From Bdellovibrio sp. (lineage in GTDB: Bacteria > Bdellovibrionota > Bdellovibrionia > Bdellovibrionales > Bdellovibrionaceae), in the NCBI GenBank assembly GCA_036676395.1, contig JAKFCY010000002.1, positions 960,001-1,024,000 on the forward strand: a DNA stretch of 64,000 nucleotides, written 5' to 3'. Shown here piece after piece: positions 57,332-64,000 of this stretch. The notes beneath the pieces were generated by a model. It was given only the letters and a program-made list of their open reading frames with translations. It ran no database searches and had not been told where the DNA came from. How positions within the stretch are numbered: position 1 is the first letter of the stretch; each line of letters begins with the position of its first letter. The position numbers were made by a program, and so were the translations under genes.

Positions 57332-58714
57332 ATGACTCATATTCCTGTGTTGATTGCTGGTGCTGGGCCTACGGGTTTAGTGTTAGCCCTGTGGTTAACT
57401 AAAATAGGCATTGCCGTCCGGATTATTGATAAGGCGACAGAGAAAGAAACCACATCGCGCGCGTTGGTCATCCATGCGCGCACGTTAGAGTTTTACCGTC
57501 AGCTACAAATTGTTGATGATATTATCGAAGCCGGTTTTAGGTTTCCGGCGCTCAATTTATGGGTAAATCATATTCAGCGCGCAAAAATTAAAATTTCAGA
57601 TATCGGCAGTGGCAGCACACCCTATCCTTACATTATAATTTTGCCGCAAGACCAACACGAAGAAATCCTGATCGAAAAATTAAAAGCACTTGGCGTAAAT
57701 ATCGAAAGAAACACCGAACTGATAAATTTAGAACAAAACGATAAAACAGTCACCGCACAAATTAAGTTACCTAATAACGAAATTGAAACGCTTACGGCAG
57801 ATTACTTAGCTGGCTGTGATGGTGCACACTCGGTGGTGCGCAAGAAATTAAATGTCAGTTTTTCAGGAAGCACTTATCCGCATTTATTTTACGTAGCCGA
57901 TGTAGCAGGACAGGGACCAGCCCTAAATGGCGAGCTGCATGTATCATTAGATAAATCTGAGTTCATGGCGTTTTTTCCGCTCAAAGAAAAAGGGCATGCA
58001 CGCCTGATCGGAGTCATCCGCGAAGACCAGAAAAAAGATCCCACTTGGGATGACGTTAACCCACGGCTTTTAACAGAGATGGATGTGACCATCGAAAAAC
58101 TAAAATGGTTTTCGACTTACCGGGTGCATCACCGGGTGGCCTCGCATTTTCAAAACGGTCGTGTTTTTATATTAGGTGATGCCAGTCACATTCATTCGCC
58201 TCTTGGCGGGCAGGGCATGAACACGGGCATTGGCGACGCCGTAAACCTGGCTTGGAAGTTGGGTGATGTGTTAAAGAAAAAATCAGGCCCTGAACTTTTA
58301 GCGACGTATGAAACTGAACGTATTAGTTTTGCTAAGCAATTAGTGAAAACCACAGATCGTGCTTTTCGTTTTATTTCGAATGACGGAAAACTTGCGCGCT
58401 TTGTGCGAACCCAGTTAGTTCCGGCAATTTTGCCGCGGTTATTTAAATTTTCACGCACCGGCCGGTTTATCTTTCGTCGCCTTTCGCAGACGGCGATTAG
58501 CTACAGCGGGCATCAAGATCGGCTACCTTGGATTGAAAGTGTTGATAATTATAAACCACTGCAGTCACTCGACTGGCAGATTCATGTTTACGGCGATCTT
58601 CGGGTAAAGACAGAATATGATGTGCATTATTTTTTATGGCATGAAGAGATGAAAAGAAAAGGTTTAGAAAAAAATCGGGTTTATCTCATTCGTCCTGATG
58701 GCCATATCAGTTAG
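57332..58714 (+). CDS. FAD-dependent monooxygenase (FAD_binding_3)
   Basis: GAGPTG, GCDGAHSVVR, GRVFILGDASHIHSPLGGQGMNTGIGDA.NLAWKL. Confidence 0.92.
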   Translation: MTHIPVLIAGAGPTGLVLALWLTKIGIAVRIIDKATEKETTSRALVIHARTLEFYRQLQIVDDIIEAGFRFPALNLWVNHIQRAKIKISDIGSGSTPYPYIIILPQDQHEEILIEKLKALGVNIERNTELINLEQNDKTVTAQIKLPNNEIETLTADYLAGCDGAHSVVRKKLNVSFSGSTYPHLFYVADVAGQGPALNGELHVSLDKSEFMAFFPLKEKGHARLIGVIREDQKKDPTWDDVNPRLLTEMDVTIEKLKWFSTYRVHHRVASHFQNGRVFILGDASHIHSPLGGQGMNTGIGDAVNLAWKLGDVLKKKSGPELLATYETERISFAKQLVKTTDRAFRFISNDGKLARFVRTQLVPAILPRLFKFSRTGRFIFRRLSQTAISYSGHQDRLPWIESVDNYKPLQSLDWQIHVYGDLRVKTEYDVHYFLWHEEMKRKGLEKNRVYLIRPDGHIS

Positions 58715-58891
58715 GCAAATTTCCCCAAATGATTAGCAACTGAGAGACAAAGTCTAGTTTGTCCACGCTTAACTTTGGACAAAGCTATGTTGTCCATAAA
58801 TCAAAAAAAGCAGCGCTTGTTTCAATTTACAAACTTCGCAAGATCAGCGAAACACCAGTCATCCACAAAAAACAATATCAAAGGAGATATT

Positions 58892-59359
58892 ATGAACAAA
58901 CTTATCGCAATGATCGCTTTATTAGCTGCAACAACTGCATCTGCATATACAGCTTCAACTTCTTGGGAGACTTTAGAAAATGATCCAAGAATTCAAATCG
59001 ACGCTCCAACTGTATTCATGGGTCACGCTGTTGATTACATGTTCACATGCGTTGACGGTGCTAACTTACGCACGATCAAGCCAGTTAAACAATGTGAAAC
59101 TATTTACATTGGTAAAAATCAATCTAAAGAAGTTTGCAAAGGTTCAAAATACTTATCAACTCCAATCAACTACACACGCACTTCTTGGGATTGCAAATTC
59201 ACTGGTGGCCGTGGTGATCACCGCGTTTGTGAAGATAAAGTGATCTCTGGAACTTACCCACTTTCTGTAATGGTTAAAGTTTCTAAAGTTATGGGTGGTA
59301 AAAACGACCGTGTAGAGTTTTTATTTAACAAGCAATTTAACGTACCAAATTGCCACTAA
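58892..59359 (+). CDS. Secreted Cys-rich hypothetical protein
   Basis: AAGGAG RBS, signal peptide ASA, six Cys. Confidence 0.75.
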   Translation: MNKLIAMIALLAATTASAYTASTSWETLENDPRIQIDAPTVFMGHAVDYMFTCVDGANLRTIKPVKQCETIYIGKNQSKEVCKGSKYLSTPINYTRTSWDCKFTGGRGDHRVCEDKVISGTYPLSVMVKVSKVMGGKNDRVEFLFNKQFNVPNCH

Positions 59360-59383
59360 TCACTTAGTTTTAGCTTAATTAGT

Positions 59384-59422
59384 AAGCGCTCTAGAGTCAC
59401 CCCTCCGACCTAGGGCGTTTTC
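59384..59422 (+). terminator. Probable terminator hairpin
   Basis: aagcgctctag...ctagggcgttt. Confidence 0.55.
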
Positions 59423-59478
59423 TCGTTGTGCCTGATGAATTGTTAAGATAATCAGAAACTTCAAAATTTAAGGTGAAA

Positions 59479-60273
59479 ATGAATATTAACGTCGATACCA
59501 ATTCGAACGCTATGGCTAGCTCTATCCCTGATCAAGTATCACGGGATATCGAAGCTTATTTATTGCGTTTTAAAGACCCGAAAAAGGGTTTGAATATGTT
59601 AGCGACAAAAGCGCAAATTCACGTAAAAACTTTAAATCGTCTGCGCGAAAAAATTCACACACCAACTTATTCTACTTTATATAAACTTTATTCTTGTCTG
59701 TTAGATACGCGCATTATCAATGATCTGATCGAAAAAGCGCCGCCGGTCATTCGCGAAAGAATTAAAAGCGCTGATCCGCAATTAAAATCTTCGCCGTTAA
59801 ATCGTTATCATTTGGATTTAGAAACTGATCTGCAAAAAGATCCCTGTTTTGCCGAACTGTATGTTTTGGCTGAAACAAGACCTTTCAGCACTCACTACGT
59901 TGAACAAAGATTTGGTTCTTACGGGCTTGAGACTTTAAAACGCATGATCGATCAAAAAGTGATTCGTCCTTTAGGCAATGGTCTTTTTGGTCAGGGCGAA
60001 GTGAGCTCTAGTTTTTCTGCCGAGACGATTAAATCTGTAGGTTTACGTTTAACAGAGCGCTTTTTAAAACCAGCCAACGCTGATTTAGATGATGCCAATT
60101 ACATGTCGCTTTATTTCGAGTCGGTCAGTGCAGAAACTTACAAAGAATGGGTCATGATCGAAGAGCGCGCTTTTAAAGAGCGCATGAAATTATTAGAAAA
60201 ACCAAACGCCAAAGGCAGCATTCCTGTTTTTGCATTTACTGTTATTGATACCCTATTGGAGAACGAACAATGA
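59479..60273 (+). CDS. XRE-like HTH regulator, TIGR02147/DUF4423-like architecture
   Basis: N-terminal HTH (LNMLATKAQIHVKTLNRL...TPTYSTLYKL), central winged-helix-like segment, C-terminal beta-alpha-beta unit. Confidence 0.6.
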   Translation: MNINVDTNSNAMASSIPDQVSRDIEAYLLRFKDPKKGLNMLATKAQIHVKTLNRLREKIHTPTYSTLYKLYSCLLDTRIINDLIEKAPPVIRERIKSADPQLKSSPLNRYHLDLETDLQKDPCFAELYVLAETRPFSTHYVEQRFGSYGLETLKRMIDQKVIRPLGNGLFGQGEVSSSFSAETIKSVGLRLTERFLKPANADLDDANYMSLYFESVSAETYKEWVMIEERAFKERMKLLEKPNAKGSIPVFAFTVIDTLLENEQ

Positions 60274-60407
60274 AACTTTTTATCACCCTAAGTTTAACAG
60301 CATTACTTTTAATTATGACCGCAGCTTCTGCTAACGCTGGTTCTAAAAACGGTGGTGGCTCAGCTGGTGGTGGCGGAAGAAACAACTTCGTACCTGTTGG
60401 TCGCTAG
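60270..60407 (+). CDS. Small secreted Gly-rich peptide (45 aa), absent from the ORF track
   Basis: GGAG RBS, ATGA overlap with the regulator stop, MKLFITLSLTALLLIMTAASANA|GSKNGGGSAGGGGRNNFVPVGR. Confidence 0.75.
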   Translation: MKLFITLSLTALLLIMTAASANAGSKNGGGSAGGGGRNNFVPVGR

Positions 60408-61242
60408 TATTTCTTTTCAGTTAGTCTTTCTTACGGCAATCACCATGGTGGCTTTCGCAGCCAACTCTGTTTTTTGCCGCTTAGCTCTTGCAGATCCTAA
60501 TAATAGCCCGATCAGTTTTACTTTGGTTCGCTTGGCCGCAGGCGCTATTGCCCTGTTATTTTTATTTATTAAATATCGCAAAGAAGAGCCCATCACTTTT
60601 AGTAAAAACATATTGCTGGCTCCGGTGATGTTGTTTTCATATGCGCTGTTTTTTTCGCTAGCCTACGTTCGCATCAGCGCAGGCACCGGGGCTTTGATTC
60701 TATTTGCCAGCGTTCAGTTGACGATGATTATCACAGCCTTGGCCAGAGGCCAGAAACTAAATATGAATGAATGGTTTGGCTTTAGTTTAGCTGCGGGCGG
60801 TTTGATTTATTTATTATTGCCTAGTCTTGATATGCCACCATTGCTTTCGATGTTAGCAATGACCATTGCTGGTGTTTCTTGGGGAATTTATTCTTTACTT
60901 GGCCAGAAGTCTAAAAATCCATTTTTATCGACTGCACGAAACTTTTTATTGATCTTACCTGCTGCCGTTGTTTATTTAGCGGTCGACTCTGTTCATTTAA
61001 CGAATCAGGGTTTGCTTTGGGCGGTGTTATCAGGAGCTCTGACTTCAGGAATGGGTTATGTGCTTTGGTATGTGGTTTTGCGAAAGCTTGCTACAAGTAC
61101 GGCGGCGATTGTGCAACTAAGTGTACCAGCGATAGCTGCATTCGGTGGAGTTTTATTCTTAGGTGAAATTATTCATCTTCGATTAATTATTGCCAGCCTT
61201 CTGATTTTTTCTGGAATTACGTTAAAACTTTTCAGTAAATAA
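60397..61242 (+). CDS. DMT/EamA family transporter
   Basis: AFAANS.FCRLAL, FSLAY..I.AGTGALILF..VQLTM, WG.YSL.G, QLSVPAIAA.GG. Start uncertain (TTG 60397, ATG 60445 or GTG 60352). Confidence 0.88.
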   Translation: MVASISFQLVFLTAITMVAFAANSVFCRLALADPNNSPISFTLVRLAAGAIALLFLFIKYRKEEPITFSKNILLAPVMLFSYALFFSLAYVRISAGTGALILFASVQLTMIITALARGQKLNMNEWFGFSLAAGGLIYLLLPSLDMPPLLSMLAMTIAGVSWGIYSLLGQKSKNPFLSTARNFLLILPAAVVYLAVDSVHLTNQGLLWAVLSGALTSGMGYVLWYVVLRKLATSTAAIVQLSVPAIAAFGGVLFLGEIIHLRLIIASLLIFSGITLKLFSK

Positions 61243-61255
61243 CTATAACATCTCG

Positions 61256-62341
61256 TTAGTATTCTAACTGGGTAAACTCTCGAGCGGCGTTTGCCTCAGC
61301 GGGGATGACTTCAAAATAATATCTAGAAATTTCTGATCCGATGCTAGTTTCTACCGTGATCATCCATTCGCCGGGCTGAAAATTAGCCTTGGTGGCAAAG
61401 CCGCGAAAACCTTCTTTTCTGCCGCCCTGGATGTTTAACGGCACTTTATCTGTCGTTGTCCAGTCGCCATTTTTATTTTTCATATGCCAGTGTAAAATGA
61501 TTTGATCGGCGATACGTGCCGGAGAATAAATCTGGGCGTAAAAATAAATTTTATCACCCGCAGCGGCTTTAAACTCTTTGTCAGAGTCTTGCCAGAACTT
61601 CCATGTTTTTTCGTAAGATAAAATAAATTTTCCGTCGCGCTTTTCTAAATTATGGTAAACACCTTGCGCCTTAACACTTAAAGGCACTGGCGGAATCCAA
61701 CCTAAAAAGTAAAATAAGCCAAATACCCCAAGAACCGCTACACACGGGGCGGTGATGGCTTTTTTTAATATGTTAGCATCGATGTGCGAGCGTTCTAGCA
61801 TTTGAATCTGGGCGATTAATATTAATACAGTGCTGAGTGCTGAAAGCAGAAAGGGCGTCCAGCCAACAAACCCCAGAATGATCGGGTAGAGCACCGAGAA
61901 AAACGAAAATAAACAAATCGCAAAAAAGCCCACTTTAAGACTGACCTTCGCAGATTTTACGAAAGAAAGTTCATTAATTAAAATTAATGCGACCAGCAGA
62001 CTTAGAAAAATAAAACTACTTAAGATTGAAGCGCTCTTAATATAAAAAAGCGAGTACACACTTAAAAGTGATCCTAATAAAAAGTGCAAAGTGAAATCAC
62101 GGTAAGACCAGAGTTTTTGTAAAGAGTCTTTCGGGCGCCATTTATGCAGACGAAACAGCAATTCGTAATGAATAAGGGCTGCGATAATAAATAAATAGAC
62201 CGCCTGTTGGGCGATTGAAAACAAATCATCAGGGTCTGCGATAAACAAAATATCAAATAAGAAGCCGCCAATGAAGAAGGCGATTTCAAGTTTGGTGTCA
62301 TGCTTATTGATAAATTCTGCCGATTTTTGTTTAATATTCAT
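61256..62341 (-). CDS. DUF2914-domain membrane protein
   Basis: Seven to eight TMs then WIPPVPL and I.GGRKEGFRGF..K.N..PGEW.I.VET. Confidence 0.8.
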   Translation of the reverse strand: MNIKQKSAEFINKHDTKLEIAFFIGGFLFDILFIADPDDLFSIAQQAVYLFIIAALIHYELLFRLHKWRPKDSLQKLWSYRDFTLHFLLGSLLSVYSLFYIKSASILSSFIFLSLLVALILINELSFVKSAKVSLKVGFFAICLFSFFSVLYPIILGFVGWTPFLLSALSTVLILIAQIQMLERSHIDANILKKAITAPCVAVLGVFGLFYFLGWIPPVPLSVKAQGVYHNLEKRDGKFILSYEKTWKFWQDSDKEFKAAAGDKIYFYAQIYSPARIADQIILHWHMKNKNGDWTTTDKVPLNIQGGRKEGFRGFATKANFQPGEWMITVETSIGSEISRYYFEVIPAEANAAREFTQLEY

Positions 62342-62470
62342 TACCGACGAGCCTACCATAAGCGCTAGCTTTGAGCTAGTAATGGATCAGAGGCTAGTTT
62401 TTTGCTTTTTTGTTTGTTCAACTAAAAATACATTTTATAAATAATTTAATATTTGATATTGTTAAGCCTC

Positions 62471-62998
62471 ATGAGACACAAAGACGATATGAACTTAGAA
62501 CAATGGATTCAGTCCACCAGTGAAGACGTTTTGGCCGGATTATTGGTCGATATGTTGTTGTCTGACGGGACAACTTACTGTGGTTATATCAATACCATGG
62601 TTAATACCGGCGATACAGAAAGTATATTGTTAACAAGCCGAACACCCCAAGCGGGAATTTTTGAAGGCAAAAAAATCAAAAAAACTGACATTGTCGGATT
62701 TAACTTTTCAACATCACCACGCGCAAATTTTGGCGTGCACCATATTCATATCACCGAAAAAGGTGCAAATTTTCAATTTCAGCACGCCATTCACGATCAG
62801 CAAAAACAGGTATTAACTAATTCTGAAAAATCAGTCGATGCCTTTAAAGTTGAATGTTTAGCCTATATCAAAAGACTAAGCCTGGATATGCTGCCTAATG
62901 AAAAGCTGAGTCTTACCCTGACAAAAGAGCTAACTGTTAAATACAGTTTAGATATCACTCAAGCAGATCGAAAAATCAGAGATTTTCTGGGGCTTTAA
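62471..62998 (+). CDS. Hypothetical protein
   Basis: Uninterrupted ORF filling the gap, no recognised motif, start uncertain. Confidence 0.55.
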   Translation: MRHKDDMNLEQWIQSTSEDVLAGLLVDMLLSDGTTYCGYINTMVNTGDTESILLTSRTPQAGIFEGKKIKKTDIVGFNFSTSPRANFGVHHIHITEKGANFQFQHAIHDQQKQVLTNSEKSVDAFKVECLAYIKRLSLDMLPNEKLSLTLTKELTVKYSLDITQADRKIRDFLGL

Positions 62999-63003
62999 AA
63001 AAA

Positions 63004-63030
63004 TGTCTCAGGCGGATTCCGCCCAAGACA
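63004..63030. terminator. Hairpin between convergent genes
   Basis: tgtct-ca-ggcgga-t-tccgcc-ca-agaca. Confidence 0.45.
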
Positions 63031-63044
63031 AGTCGTGTACAAAA

Positions 63045-63524
63045 TTATTTAGTGACTAATTTTTTCTCAGGAACTGTATCCCATTTACCGCGCGCATCTA
63101 CGAAAATAATGCACTCACTACCTGCTGCACACATTGTTGCATGAGGTTGTTTTTTCTTAAACGAGAAAAATGACCCAGGCGATAAACGACGTTCTACTCC
63201 GTCAACAGTTAATACAAAGTCTCCTTTGATCACTGTGACAAAATTATCTGCGCTGTGATGATGCAGAGGTGCCGAAAAGCCAGCGTCAAATTTCATAAAT
63301 GAATGATGCGCGCCTTTAGTAGAATCACCTTCAACCACTGCCATCTGTAAGCCCGGAAACTCTGCTACGGCTTGCCATTTGATGTCTTTGGCTTCCATAA
63401 AGACTGCCTTCGCCATCGACTTGGCTGGATTCATTTTGCTGGTCTCCATTTTAGTCGCATCTTTAGCTGCCGCAGTGAATGAAAATAGTGTTAATAAAAT
63501 TGTAATTAAAGAAATACGTTTCAT
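63045..63524 (-). CDS. Secreted cupin-domain protein (DUF4437-like)
   Basis: Signal peptide, GD...G, PLHHHS, VIKG, PGSF...PH..C. Confidence 0.8.
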   Translation of the reverse strand: MKRISLITILLTLFSFTAAAKDATKMETSKMNPAKSMAKAVFMEAKDIKWQAVAEFPGLQMAVVEGDSTKGAHHSFMKFDAGFSAPLHHHSADNFVTVIKGDFVLTVDGVERRLSPGSFFSFKKKQPHATMCAAGSECIIFVDARGKWDTVPEKKLVTK

Positions 63525-63658
63525 TGTTAAAATCCTTTCAAAGATCGGTTGTAATTAACCGCACTAAACCTAGCAATATCGTGACCGCGTTGTTTGAGTC
63601 ACAAGAGTACATAGATAGAAGCCTGCTTTTTGCTAGTAGCTCAAGAACGGAGGAAAGT

Positions 63659-64000
63659 ATGCACAGGCAACCCACTGTAGAAATTTTGAAAGCGTTTCTT
63701 GAAGCCTTTAACCGCCATGACCTTGATGCGATCATGGATTTTTTCTGTGAAGATTGTATTTTCGATATGCCACGCGGCCCTGAACCCCGAGGCCGCAGGT
63801 ATTCTGGTAAAAACGAAGTGCGCGCAGGTCTTGCGACTCGCTTTGAAGGCTTGCCAGATGTTCACTATGCAAATGACCGTCATTTTGTCAGTGGTCAGCA
63901 AGGCTGTTCGCAGTGGCTGCTAACCGGCACGCGCCCTAACGGCGAACGGGTTGTAGTACAGGGCTGTGATTTACTTGAATTTAGGGGTGATAAGATTTTT
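63659..64000 (+). CDS. Partial NTF2/SnoaL-like protein (runs off the window's right edge)
   Basis: GGAGG RBS. MHRQPTVEILKAFLEAFNRHDLDAIMDFFCEDCIFDMPRGPEPRG.RY.GK.EVR.GL..RF.GLPDVHY...GCDL.EFRG.KI. Confidence 0.88.
   Translation, partial: MHRQPTVEILKAFLEAFNRHDLDAIMDFFCEDCIFDMPRGPEPRGRRYSGKNEVRAGLATRFEGLPDVHYANDRHFVSGQQGCSQWLLTGTRPNGERVVVQGCDLLEFRGDKIF

Noticed and set aside
57332..58714. Monooxygenase as an antibiotic-inactivating enzyme co-regulated with rsgA
   Set aside because: Generic family motifs only, and a strong hairpin separates the two genes. No specific support.
60352..60396. N-terminal extension of the DMT transporter
   Set aside because: Overlaps the better-supported secreted peptide ORF in another frame.
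63538..63923. Three short ORF-track ORFs at the right edge
   Set aside because: Superseded by the partial SnoaL-like CDS starting at 63659 with a GGAGG RBS.
1..64000. CRISPR arrays, tRNA/rRNA genes, IS elements, prophage
   Set aside because: No spaced direct repeats, cloverleafs, transposase, integrase or phage structural genes recognised by eye. Intergenic gaps are all under about 300 bp.

Overview
Gene-dense, AT-rich chromosomal segment. Its gene content (many secreted proteases and lipoproteins, two L,D-transpeptidases, a lipoprotein peptidoglycan deacetylase, DUF4423-like regulator, sigma28-type promoters) points to a predatory Bdellovibrionota bacterium; this is inferred, not searched. 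About 70 CDS were called. No rRNA, tRNA, CRISPR array, transposase or integrase was recognised. The most interesting observations are: (1) an unannotated 45-aa secreted Gly-rich peptide gene translationally coupled to an HTH regulator, a candidate peptide-signalling pair (59479-60407); (2) a 14-codon leader peptide with mutually exclusive hairpins controlling the RBS of an rsgA-family GTPase, a candidate ribosome-sensing translational attenuator (55960-56164); (3) a FecR | DGC-PP2C-kinase-STAS-outer-membrane barrel | MshEN-like cluster, a candidate trans-envelope partner-switch c-di-GMP system (23473-32885); (4) an exported NADAR-like lipoprotein between two secreted proteases; (5) a doubly truncated K+-channel remnant beside a Leptospira-type tandem DUF1554 lipoprotein; (6) orphan antitoxin-like genes, one with a perfect 20-bp operator palindrome; (7) recurrent sigma28 and sigma54 promoters and a GTCTCA-N3-TGAGAC palindrome. 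All family assignments come from motif recognition by eye, not from database searches.
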